Under the pieces are notes generated by a model, which was not told the origin of the DNA, did no database searches, and saw only the letters and a list, made by a program, of their open reading frames with translations. The position numbers and the translations under genes were made by a program. Shown in pieces: positions 1 through 11,992 of a DNA stretch of 25,619 bases (position 1 is the stretch's first letter; each line of letters opens with the position of its first letter). This DNA comes from Amoeboaphelidium protococcarum X5 (lineage: Eukaryota; Fungi; Aphelidiomycota): assembly GCA_023515725.1 (NCBI GenBank), contig JALDTO010000220.1:1-25619 (forward strand). Reading direction: 5' to 3'.

Positions 1-2
1 AT

Positions 3-899
3 TAACGACTAAATGCTCGAAATAATAACAAGAACGTCAGAAACAAAGAGGTATCGAATAATGACAATGAAAGTGGTAACTAAAGCTAGTATAGAGAGTC
101 TTACAACGTCGCGCCAACTAGATATTAGCCTGTGATAAGAGCATTTAATTCTGATGGCTATGACTTGGAATTTATGCACTGGGGAATGGAACTGTTTAAA
201 GGCAGGAATATTGTGAATAGTAGATTTGATAGTATCGTGGCTGGCACAAACTAGAAATACATAAAGATGAGGCATTAGCGATGCGTAGTTGTCTGCAATG
301 GATTCTATGAGTGGCAGGGTAAACAACCGTATTACTTTCATGCGCCCAAGACTACAATTGATTAGAACACTGAGGTTGATGGTGTTGTTTTACTGGCTGC
401 AATGTATGATAGTGATGACCACTACACTATAATTACAACTGATTCATTAGACACGACATAATCTGGTCATAATCTACAGCTTATCAATGAATTACACGAT
501 AGAATTCCCATAATTTTATGCAATTCTCAAATGATCAAGATGTGGCTACATGAAGACTGGGAGAGCGTGAAGTAGATTGATCAAATAATGAAAGTACACC
601 TCAGCATTATAACGGAAGATTTGTCACCTGTTAAAGCAGAATAAGAAGAACCGGATCTTGACAAGAAGCCGTCAGAGGGAAGACTGACGCTGTTGAGAAC
701 CAAAGTTTCGCCATTTGTTGGTAAAGTGGGCAATGATTCTCCTCTGTGCATCTAATCTTATGATGACTCTCTTGACTACTCCAGAACGAGTTCTCCCGTA
801 AAGCGACGCGATAAGAGAATCACTGATTACTTTGCCTCACCATCAAAGAAATAGAAATCCTCGCCCTTAAACACAAAGAATATCAAGAAAGATGAGTGA
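3..899 (+). CDS. HMCES: SRAP domain / HMCES-YedK-like abasic-site-processing protein, 5' end outside the window
   Basis: With TAR=Gln, frame 3 is open from 3 to TGA 897-899. SRAP motifs occur in the expected order: SYNVAPT, MHWG, NSR, RCVVVCNGFYEW, KQPYYF, YTIITT, LHDRIPIIL, VSPFVGKVGNDSPLC. The catalytic N-terminal MCGR lies upstream of the window. Confidence 0.88.
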
Positions 900-1094
900 T
901 AATGAAACGATTCGCTAGTTATAAATATATTGAATGCTTTCTTTTTTGTTATGAAATCACTTTCGCATCCATACGCGTGTCAAGCCTCCTTCCTCAATTG
1001 CTCACTGTCGGAGCTTAGCCAATCTTGTCGCATTGATTCTTTCACAATTTTTACCACTAGGATTGCATCTATTTTAAAACAATTTGAGAAAGAG

Positions 1095-1971
1095 ATGAGT
1101 TGGAAAGATAGAGCTCAACCAGACACTTTGGTGCTTTTTGATGTTGATGGAACGCTGACTCCGGCGAGACAAAAGATCACCCAGGATATGCTGGACACTC
1201 TGCAGTCGCTCAAGAAGAAGGTTGTGATTGGATTTGTCGGAGGCAGTGACCTGGTCAAATAGAAGGAGCAGTTGGGTGAAGTTGGAATTGCCTGCTTCGA
1301 TTACGCGTTCGCTGAGAATGGACTTTAGGCATTCCGTGATGGCTAGCCAATCTCTGCAACATCGTTCATCGAATGGCTTGGTGAGGCCAAGTACAAGAAA
1401 TTGGTCAATTTCATCCTGTCATACATTGCCAACTTGGACATTCCTATCAAAAGGTATAATCTTTTATGACTTTTTATCTTGTGCTCTCATGTCTAGATGT
1501 GTTATGGTGTAATGTGTAGAGGAACGTTTGTTGAATTCCGTAATGGTATGATCAACGTGTCGCCTATTGGTCGTAATTGCAGTCAGTCCGAGCGCGTCGA
1601 GTTTGAAAAGTACGACTTGGCCAATAACATCAGACCAAAAATGGTGGAGGAGTTGAAGAAGAACTTTCCTGATTATGGTCTGACTTATTCTATTGGTGGT
1701 TAAATATCTTTTGATGTCTTTCCCACTGGATGGGATAAGACTTATTGCCTGCGCCATATTCAGCAGGAGGGATTTAAAACTATCCATTTCTTTGGTGACA
1801 AGACTCAAAAGGTAGATAGATTATTGTGTCTCGAAGAAACTCATAATTAATAAATACATTTTTATGTAGGGAGGAAATGACTTTGAAATCTATCATCATC
1901 CGCTGGTGACTGGACACGCTGTGAAGAATCCTCAAGAGACTATTGCGATTCTGAAACAACTATTTGGTTGA
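1095..1971 (+). CDS. SEC53: Phosphomannomutase (HAD family, SEC53/PMM), 250 aa
   Basis: Exons 1095-1453, 1520-1811, 1870-1971. Motifs [19 protein letters not shown](TAG=Q)[30 protein letters not shown](TAA=Q)ISFDVFP, FFGDKT..GGNDFEI. Ends in TGA. Confidence 0.97.
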
Positions 1972-2620
1972 ATCGATTTCGCACTTCACGCGCCGCATAT
2001 CCTGTAAATGGCTGAAACAACTGATAATCACTGATATTCTATTTTCAGGCTTTTTTGGTCAGTATAGTATTATCTCTCCATTCAAAAACTTTTTCACTAA
2101 TTTGATCCTCTAATGATGATGCCAACGGAACTGATCACCAGTTTCTAATTCGAATCTAAAAAACGGCGCCGTCAAATCGCCCCGTTTATTCTGCCGCTTG
2201 TCGCTCCCTTGAATTTCCCTATTTGCGGCAACGACGACGATCAAGACAACCAACAGAAACAGAACAGAAAACAACAACAAATCAAGGGCGGCGACCATCT
2301 CACCACAAGAAAACGCTCGTTTTAACATCACTTCGTCGTTATCGTTCGTTCGTTCGTTGTTACCCACCCGAGCGAGAGAGCGTCTCTTTCTCTCCTCTGA
2401 TTGATTTTTGTTCATTCATCCCCAGTCAAGTGAATTGTTGTTGTTGTTGTTATCATTCTGCGGCGGAAATTAACTTATAACTTCCCCTAATCCTTGCTGT
2501 GTTCAATATTATCATTCAATTTCGCTGATTACTTGTACTTGGTGGATATAGTCTTTAGAATACGTTGAATTTTTTTACAACACCTCCTCCCCTCTTATAA
2601 GTACAGAATATAATAATAAA

Positions 2621-3343
2621 ATGCAGACGATAAAGTGTGTGGTTGTTGGAGATGGTGCAGTCGGAAAGGTAATGCTATTCAATCGTTATGACTTTTTTAA
2701 TTTTGATATGCATCCATAATTTATGTGTGTCTGTGATTGTAGACTTGTCTATTGATATCCTATACTACCAATAAGTTTCCCTCAGAATATGTGCCTACCG
2801 TAAGATTGATTACACCCGCCTATTTGCCATAATAAAGACCCTGATTTGATCGAATGACTATAATGAGTGTAGGTTTTTGACAATTATGCAGTCACTGTTA
2901 TGATCGGTGATGAACCATATACTTTGGGATTATTCGATACAGCTGGTCAAGAAGATTATGACCGTCTGCGTCCGCTGTCTTACCCACAGACTGATGTCTT
3001 TCTGGTGTGCTTCAGTGTCGTCGGACCAGCATCTTATGAGAACGTGAAAGAGAAGTGGTTCCCTGAGGTTCATCACCACTGCCCAGGAGTACCTTGTCTG
3101 ATCGTTGGTACTCAGGTCGATTTGCGGGACGATGCTGGTACTGTGGAGAAGTTGGCCAGAAACAAGTCGAAGCCGGTGTCTATTGAGATGGGAGAGAAGC
3201 TGGCCAAGGAACTGGGCGCCGTCAAGTATGTGGAGTGTTCTGCTCTGACCCAGAAGGGACTGAAGAATGTGTTTGATGAGGCTATCATTGCGGCTCTGGA
3301 TCCACCGTAATAGAAGAAGTCGAAGAAATGCTTGATACTTTGA
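2621..3343 (+). CDS. CDC42: Rho-family GTPase Cdc42, 191 aa
   Basis: Exons 2621-2668, 2743-2799, 2873-3343. [43 protein letters not shown]. Reading TAA TAG (3308-3313) as QQ restores the polybasic tail and CAAX box ([12 protein letters not shown]) and the canonical 191-aa length. Confidence 0.98.
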
Positions 3344-3597
3344 TTTGACGGCACTACTCTCTGCTTTCTTTTATATATACTGCGTTTAAAACTATATATA
3401 ATACTTTGCTGGATTGTGACGGGATGTTGTTGAAATAATGTACTGGAAATAGACCCGGACAATTCTATAAATTTAGCTTTTATTATTATTAGTTTTCATT
3501 CTGTCTTTGTGATATTGAGGATCAAAAATAATACTCATAAACTATTCCAAAACATACCTGGTATGAACTGTAGTAGGTTATAACTCCACAATCATCA

Positions 3598-6466
3598 TCA
3601 CTAAAAGTCTTGTCGTTCTTGTTAATTGCCATCAAACTCCTCAACAGCCTCCTTGACTATCACATGTTAACTACTTGGCACAGGAGTATCAAAATCTTGT
3701 TATAGTTACGCCAGCATCTGCTCATTGGACCCGATAGCTATAGATATATTCCGATGGTGACCACGACTATTGGATCTGCTTCTCTGAACGCTACTTGCTG
3801 ATCTATCTACTGGATCTTACATACCACCACCCATTGCCGAGAGATTTAGATGAGCATCCACATCAGATATAGAACCACTTTTACTCAGAGGCTGCAGAAG
3901 AGAGTTCTTTTCAAGGTCGAACTGTGTCAGAGCAGCCTGTTGTAAAGCGGCAATCTTTTTAACTGCATTGTCAGGCAATTGAGTCGATGGCGCTTTGGCA
4001 TTGGATGAACCAGTCTTGGATGAAAGCTGCACTTCAGACAGACTCTGAGGCAAGCTGATGGGCAATTGGATATCATTAGCCACCAGCAGTGTATGCTGAG
4101 GCACCGGCTATCGTGGATCCTTTACGACGGAGTGAGCCTAGGATGTGGATTCTTTAACTGCATTCAAGGGCTGATCTAGATTCTCATTTTTATAAGCCTA
4201 GATTGTCTACTAATTCGACTCTTGTGACAGATGCGGCAAGTATGGACTTTGATATGCAGTAGGCGCTTCATTAGAAGACTACGGAGTGAGCACAGACGGT
4301 GACGCTATTGAAGGAGCACGACGATACTTGCTTATATACACACCTTGAATGATCTCATCAGTCTTTTTATTCATAGCCTTGTGGTATTCGGACAATGTAG
4401 GTTGGGAGTTTTGCATATTCAACGGCGGCTTCTTCTGAACTGATGTAGACATGGTGGCCAGAAAGGAGTGTCTTCTCTGATCAGCCATGTCTGCAGCTTA
4501 TCGCCGTTTATATGCATCAGTGTTCTCGTAATTGCTATTGTTCTTATTTGTCGGAGTACCAACAGGTGGCAGTGCATCATTGTTATCATTCGCACTGGGA
4601 TCAGCAACATCACGCGTTGGAGAATCTTCATTGTCACCTTTTACAGGAGACAGAATTGGCTACAACGCCTGCAGCTTCCTAAAGTTGTCCATTCGAGCGC
4701 GAGTGGCAGACGGAGAGCTTTTACTTCTCATCCGCTACGTAGGAGAGAACACAGCTTAAGAATCTTACTGCATCCGACTATTATTAGCATTCAGTGAAGT
4801 TTCCACGCTCAACTTTCGCGACAATTACTTTTCAACGACACCAACACTGCAACTTCTAGGCCTAGATATTGCAAATTCACCACCATTGCTATGATTGACA
4901 AAATTTTAAATGATAGGATCCACCACTTGATGCATACGCAGACAGGCCAAATCCCGGTCATCCTCATCCAAGACACCTTCTTTTACCATCTCCGATACCA
5001 CAGCCTCGCACGTATCCACAGTAACGTCATACGGAAACTTGACTTCCTGTTTCTGGTAGGTGATTGACTACTGACCAGATGATCTAGAAGACTGAGAAGC
5101 AGTTGTACTATCCTTGGCCATATCAATGCTCTGGCTATTTGGAGCTATACACGCCATCCGAAGTTCTATCACAGGCATCTTTACGCTCAGCACTTCCACG
5201 TTGATTATAGAATGGATCAACCACGACTTTCTCTGCTTTCCAACATTGCTCGATTGAGCAGGCTATTAAGGCCGTGATATCAGAGGACTCTATGCAGGAA
5301 TAGATGGAGACTGGTTGGCAGAAGCGGAAACTGTAAGAGCAGGGGAGAGCACTTCATTCACCTGAGCTACGGCAGCAGAATCTTTAAGAAATTAATGCTC
5401 AAGCAATTCACCAGACGATGGTCTCAGCTGAGGATCATATTACAGACACAGCTCAATAAACTCCTTCACTTCAGGATCAGTCACCTTCTCCAGAGCAGCT
5501 GGTTTAACGCCAGACGTAACTTTCTTGTAAATCTGGGCCTGATTAGTGCACTCAGCATATGGATACTCTTTGGTAACCATCTCAATCATACACATTCCAA
5601 AGGCGTAGACATCCACTTTTTCGTCATACCTCTCATCATACAGCTCTGGAGCCATAAACTCGGGCGTACCCAGGACAGAGCTGACGTAACGAGCATCCTT
5701 CACAGTAGCCAAACCGAGATCCCCAATCTTTGCCTGACCATTATTACCATTGATAAACACATTATCACACTTGAGATCACGATGTATTATCGGCGGTGAG
5801 CGTGTGTGAAGATAGTTAAGACCCTTCAGAATCTACCGACACCAACTCTTTATAATCTTTGGCTTTATCGTCTTGGTCTTCTTGATGTAGGTCTTCAGCG
5901 TACCAGAAGTCATGAGCTCAGTGATGAAATATACCTGTTTACCATCAGTCCATGAGTGGAACAGAGTTATAATAGACTCATGACGCAAATTCTACAATAT
6001 CCGCACTTCGCTCATAATTTTATCCAAATCCTACAAATAGAATAACACAGATAATTATGGTATCAAATGGTAAATGAGTAAATAAATAGAGTCCTACCTT
6101 CTTTTATAGATGTTCAAGCCGAAGCTCATTCCATGCAATCTCCACACCTTCGTCAGTATCAAAGCCTTTAAACACTTTCTTGTAAGCTCCAACACCAAGA
6201 CACTTTTTATATCTTTCGAATCTGCCAGTGGGATCAGAAGCTTCCACCAAATGCTCTTAATCCTCCTCATTATCATCTGCATGAACGGTAACCGCGGATG
6301 GTGTAGCCAAATGGAGAGTGGATAACACATTCTGAGATTCCTACTACATATCAACGCAAGTCTAGACATCATCATCATCATTACAAGTATTATCTTTTGA
6401 AACTGTCTATTCACAAAGTCTTACATCCGCAGTAGCAGAATTTGTATTTGCAGTGCTTTTATTCAT
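3598..6466 (-). CDS. WNK: WNK-family (with-no-lysine) Ser/Thr kinase with long low-complexity C-terminus, about 933 aa
   Basis: Exons 6466-6098 and 6030-3598. [25 protein letters not shown] places the catalytic Lys in the Gly loop with no VAIK lysine. Also [31 protein letters not shown] and an autoinhibitory/CCT-like segment [21 protein letters not shown]. One continuous frame under TAR=Gln, ending TGA TGA TGA. Confidence 0.93.
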
Positions 6467-7161
6467 GATCGTATTCTGTCTGTTAACTCTTCAATAATTC
6501 AGTTATAATTTAAAGCCAAATTTACAAAATAGAAGCCACAAAGTCTTCAAAACACACTATTATCGAATAAAATAGATATAAAGATGCACTGCAGCAATAA
6601 TTCCAATAGTATTTAGAAAGAGAGTAAACCAGAGATTGAGATTTCTTGATAGAATGGCGTGCTGTTACAGAGCTTGTCTCTTTTTTCAATTCTTTTAAGC
6701 GCGGAGAAATGTTTCTTAAGCGCGCTCGATCACTCTCATTCACGCACTTGTACTTCTTCTCTCTTCACTGAGCGTGCGCTGCGAGTGATCGCGAGCGAAT
6801 TTAGGTCAATCGCTGCAACGTTACACGAAATCCGATTCGCTTGATTAGTGGTCACAAGACGCTAATTCTATTTGTGTGTGTGATCTGAGAAACATCTGAG
6901 AGCTATTATCACGATGCTCTACAGTTATATTAAATTTCGCACTCTTTAAAGTCATTTAAACTATATGGTTTCACTCTTACTATCACTGATCGACACGCGT
7001 GCGCCGTTAAATCTGGCGGTTGTCGTTGTTGTTGTTCAGTTGCCTTGAAAGTGTTTTCTCTGTACCTTTCTCTGTGCCTACTTACACACACCACTTAATT
7101 ATATTGATTGTATTTACAGTACTCGTCACATCATACAGCTCAGTTGAAGCACCACTAATTC
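6467..7161. promoter_or_regulatory. Divergent intergenic/promoter region between WNK and twinfilin
   Basis: Lies between head-to-head start codons. Contains a CG-dinucleotide-rich core (about 6700-6850) and ACGCGT at 6995-7000. Confidence 0.45.
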
Positions 7162-8352
7162 ATGTCTCATTAATCCGGAATTTCAGGTACGTATCGCATT
7201 ATTTAACTTGACAAATAGTATATTTATTGATTCCCCTTATTAAATGAAGTGTAGTTTCACCATAGGTTGTCAGTAAATTCAAGGAGCTGTCATCTAATGA
7301 CTCGTAGCGTTTGATGAGGATTGTCATCAGTGAGGAGACTCTTACAGTTGCCAGTGTGGAGTAGAAGAAGTTGACTTGGTAGGATGACTTTTCTGTTGCC
7401 ACCAAACTGCTGCAGAATGATACACCTAGTTATATCGTCTACAAGAAGGACGATGGTAATTTTATACTCTTGTGTCACGTTCCAGACAATGCCAAAGTAC
7501 GAGACAAGATGTTGTATGCTGTAAGTTTTTACCCAATTCTATTGTACTATAAATATGCATGTTTGTCCATCATGGCAATCAATATGTAGTCCACGAAAGC
7601 CACTCTTTTGAAAGAATTGGGCGACTCTCTATTCGTTGACTCTGTCTATGGTACGTCCGTGCAAGACTTTAGCGCTGAAGGGTATCGCAAGCACCAGACT
7701 CATCAATAATCATCTGCGCCCTTAACTACCCGCGAGTTGGAGTTACAGCAGGTGAAGCTATCCGAAACTGGTGCTGATATCGGTGCCTCATCTAAGAAGA
7801 GTCACGTATCTGGAATATCTTTTCCGTTAAGTAAGAAGTCTGAGGATGCGCTGGCTGCATTTCAAAGTCAAAGTTAGTCATTCATCATCTTTCATATTGA
7901 CAATGAAACTATTGAAGTACTCAAGAGCTCAAGTGCGAATTCACTGTCTGCGATTCATGATGAACTGATCAAGCTGAAGCATCCTTGCTACAGTCTATTT
8001 TAATACTAAAACATCAACGGTAAGCTTGGTCCGTGATTTATACATAAAGATTATATGTTTGCGTGTAGGATTTGTCTATTATTGCCCTGGAGTTAGTTCA
8101 GTGAAGCTGAAAATGGTTTATTCAAGTTGTAAAGGCGCGTTGATGTCACACATTGCTTCTGCTGGTATTGAAGTTTAGCGCAAGATTGAGATTGTTGATG
8201 AAAAGGACTTGAGTGAAGATAATCTGATGATTGAATTGGGATTGAAGACTGTCGATAATGGCCGGTTAAATCCATCACCTTCCCAGAATGGATTTATCAA
8301 GAAAGTGGCTGGCCCAGCTGGTGGTCGTCGCCTAATCAGGACTACTGAGTGA
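7162..8352 (+). CDS. TWF1: Twinfilin (two ADF-H domains), 334 aa
   Basis: Exons 7162-7186, 7255-7520, 7590-8019, 8069-8352. MSH(TAA=Q)SGI, VPDNAKVRDKMLYASTKATL, APLTTRE, GISFP, YCPGVSSVKLKMVYSS, and C-tail GPAGGRRLIR. Confidence 0.93.
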
Positions 8353-8781
8353 TGATAAGCTTTGGAATTTTGTGAGTTACTGTAATACGGACTTTATTAT
8401 GAACACTTTACCGTTGTTTCGTCTAATCTTATAGCTAGTGTCACTAATGTTACCTCAATGTTAGTTGATTTAGCGTAGAATTCCATAATGCTCGTTACTT
8501 TTCACTGTACGCGAATGATATGATTTGAAGGATAAAGCCAAGTAACCGTGATGATCACTCGCCATTTGATGTAACTCCAGTGATCGGATGGGCATTTCTG
8601 ATTGATCAAAGACGGCTCCGATGAAACGTCGTGTGGATGGATGTGACTGTAATTGGTGTCACTATTAGCCATCGATTAGGTTCACTCCCCTCTTCTTCTC
8701 TTTCTAATTATTAACAAATTAAATTTCAGCTCTTAATCTTAAAAAAACTAGCTTTAGAATTCATAGATAGAATTTATAGAA

Positions 8782-9972
8782 ATGGTCAAATTGGTCTATA
8801 TCGTCTCAGTCATCGCTTCGGTCGCCTACTCCATGTCCATCGCTAAACGCGGTGTTGACGCTGCTGCTGGCAAGTGCTCTACTGTGCCACCTGGTCTCTT
8901 CTCTAACCCAAACATTGCTAATATTGCTTGCTCTAACAATGATGGTAAGGTGCAGTTTTAAATTCTGTGCAACACCAACTACAACGCTGATGAGAAGCTG
9001 TGTAATGCAATGGGTTAGACTCTGATTGGTGTTGGCGACGCTATAAGTGAAGTGATTGACTTGAAGGCTCCAATTTCGGCTACTGTCGTCATTGGCGATA
9101 TTTGCAAAACTCTTGGTGCGTGCTCTGGTAAGACCCTGGCCGCTGGTAAGCCTGATACTGCATTCGTCTTGCAGTCCCCTAAGGGGTCGCTGAAGACTGA
9201 CATCAACTATCCTCAGTCTCTGGCTAGACAGGTGTTGTCTGCTAGTGACATGCAGAGTGCTGGTGCGTCCACCTCTGATATCAGAATCTTCCTTGACACT
9301 AAGAATGCAAAGTGGTATCTGGGTGAGGGTGCGATTGCAAAGGATCAGGTTGATTTGAAATCTGCTGTTGCTGAGGTTATGAGCAATGGTCTGGGTATCT
9401 GGTCCGCGTTTACTAACGATAAGCGCAGAGGATTCTACGTCAATGACGATGGTACTATTAATCCTCCTACTAATCCTGTCCCTGAGGATGTCACTCAAGT
9501 GCTGGTCCCTTAAACTGCCGGCACTGGCAAGTTCACTCCTCCTTCGCTGTTTGATCAGTCCATCAAGGTGCAGAAGGGAAGTCAACCTGCTCAGTCTCTG
9601 GTATCTTACTACTAGAAGATGAAGAACTGGTTGTAGGGAAATCCAGATCCTGCTGGTTATGAGGCTGCAAAGCAAGCATACGCGTTGGTCAATGGTGGTA
9701 GCAAAGCGACTTTCACCACCTCTGATGGATCACAGATTGCTCTGTACAATCCTAACCCATACGACAATGTCTTGTCTCTGAACTTTTTCGATCCAAACAC
9801 CTACAAGAATTCCCTGATGACTAATAACTTGGCTGCTGGAAAGGCTTTGGACAAGACTGTGAATCCTTACGATTCCAAATTGCTGAAAGTCTTCAAGACT
9901 CTGGGTTTTACTCTCACTGCGAAGGGTGAAACGATCGCTAAGGGTGGTAATGATCAATCGACCAAGAACTGA
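8782..9972 (+). CDS. Secreted, catalytically dead paralog of the neighbouring zinc metalloproteases (paralog A), 396 aa
   Basis: Intronless. Signal peptide followed by a KR site (SMSIAKR). Shares the Cys pattern, YPQSLARQ, DI, W, GLG, LYxP, LM and LGFTL with the paralogs, but the HEXXH position reads EVMSN (9373-9387). Confidence 0.8.
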
Positions 9973-10437
9973 ATTGTTGAAGTTTTTACTGATGTCTCCT
10001 CTGGATGATAAATCTTTTTCCTTCGACATTTAGTGATTTAATTATTATTTTATTTGAAGTTAATAAATGGTTAAATGTTTTTACATTCGGTTTTAAGTTA
10101 CTTATCTTGGCTTCAAATATCCTTATCGTTTCTAAAATGAACCATACTTATACCGCCACTTCTAGTAATCCTAGCACAAGAGTATTCACACTCAACACAA
10201 CTGAGAACCTCGTGCTGCGACGATAGTTTATATTGCTTATCGATTTGTTAAAATTCTACCACGCGCTCTCGATTGGTGTCACGTGTGAAGCGTTTTTCAC
10301 GTTCATTACGTGACAAGCAGCAACGAGTGGAATGATACTTGCTTAGTATAATTTTTGAATCTCTGCTCATTGTCTTATCTACTCTTAATATTTGAGTATT
10401 GATAAGGATTAGAATAGACTGAATCTGCCTTTATATA

Positions 10438-11646
10438 ATGCGTTTCTGTGCGTCCTACTGGATTCTGATGCCTTTTTTGACGGTTGTTTCAGCAAAGATC
10501 GAGCATGATCGTGATGTGAATCCATCTGGTTTATACAACTCAGCCTATTAAAAATCAAGCATTGGTCTGTTTAAAAGATAAAGCGATGCTCAATCGATTA
10601 AAATTTTGGGATCCAATGGTGCCTTTATGAATTTGACTGGTAGTAGCGAAGATCAGTTAATCTCCTTTGATATAGCTTGCAACTTGAATGATACTGACGT
10701 GTCCAGCTGCAACAAACTGGCTTCATCCATGTAATCTGTTTGCGGTATGATAACATCCACCATAGCTCTATCATAAAAGCTGAAGATCAAGATTATTATT
10801 TACAATATGTGCAGTGCGGGTGATAAATAAAACTGCGCAGAGCTTGTAACTTTAGCTGATGCCTCTCCCTCTCAGTATTACATTCTAACCGGAGATGATT
10901 TGCCCACAGCCGCCTATCCTTAGTCTCTGGCGCGTTAGTTAAGGCCTAATGAAGTCAAAGGTAATGTTACTAAAGAGTACGACATCAATGTACGCGTAAA
11001 TACAAACAACATTTCATGGCATTTTGGCGTTGATGGCGATAACATTGGACCAGAGCAATAAGACTTTGAAAGTGCTGTCTTACATGAACTGTTACATGGC
11101 CTCGGGTTCACCTCTTTTATCGTACCTAGTATAGCGGACCCCAATGCTATTACTAGTACCCAAGCTGTGTCAGGTTTATAGTACACTATATTTGATTACT
11201 TTGTTGCACAAATTACATCAGAATTGAATAGAACATCAGCTAACAAGAGCGTTGAAGTTGTCTAATGGATTGATGTGGACAAAGATAAGCCACTAAGAGA
11301 GAGATTATTGAAATTGAAGTAATTAGGCACATAATCAATCAAGACGGTATTTAATTATCCCGCTCAAGGCTCTGCTTTAAAAAATGCAAAGAGTCTACCT
11401 AAATCCATAAAAATTGACCCGTCTATCATTATACTCAATTCTCCACCACTTTGGACATCTGGCAGTTCTATCTCGCATTTAATTCCAGAATACGGATAGA
11501 CGCAAGATTTCTTAATAAGTCCTACTTTATATAAGAATGTTACTTTAAAATAGAGAATGGCTTAGCTTAACATGACAAAGAGTCCTTTTGGACCAAGAAT
11601 AAAGATTATGCTATAGAGTATGGGGTACAAGCTGGTTGACGCGTGA
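10438..11646 (+). CDS. Secreted HEXXH zinc metalloprotease (paralog B), 402 aa, or 441 aa if TGA 11644-11646 is bypassed
   Basis: Intronless. Signal peptide, LFKR|Q site, YPQSLARQ (both Q encoded by TAG), LHELLHGLGF (His at 11083), GSSISHL, DFLI, FGP, SMGY. Confidence 0.85.
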
Positions 11647-11992
11647 GTAGATATGGTGAAATAGCAGTCAATAGAAAGTTCCGGACAAGTATGTACACTG
11701 ATGACGAACTGCAGTTCTCTTTTAGTTGCAGCAATTGCAAGCAGTCTGGTATTACTGATATGATGATTCGATTTTCAGAATATTTTAAATGAATGATCAG
11801 TAAAATAAAGTTTTAATAGATTTAAGGGGTTGGTAAATTTTAAACACGTCGGAGTTGCAAATGCCTTGTTGATTGATTGATTATGCATTTATTGACCCCT
11901 GTTTGTGACGATTTTGCATTTTTATCAGCACTTAGTAGTTGGATTGATACATCATCTTAGTGCTCTTTTGATCATACTTTTTTGCTTGCAAG

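Noticed and set aside
930-1094. N-terminal extension of PMM suggested by the ORF track
   Set aside because: It starts at TTG and is UTR-like. Homology begins at ATG 1095, which gives a normal 250-aa protein.
2110-2480. Short ORFs on both strands upstream of CDC42
   Set aside because: They translate simple repeats and show no homology or coding-like composition.
8806-9675. 289-aa antisense ORF, the longest in the supplied track
   Set aside because: It is a shadow of the codon-biased + strand gene 8782-9972, which has a signal peptide and clear paralogs. It has no recognisable motifs of its own.
11644-11646. TGA as a selenocysteine codon
   Set aside because: The position aligns with a non-catalytic Ala in the paralogs, and no SECIS-like hairpin was recognised downstream by eye.
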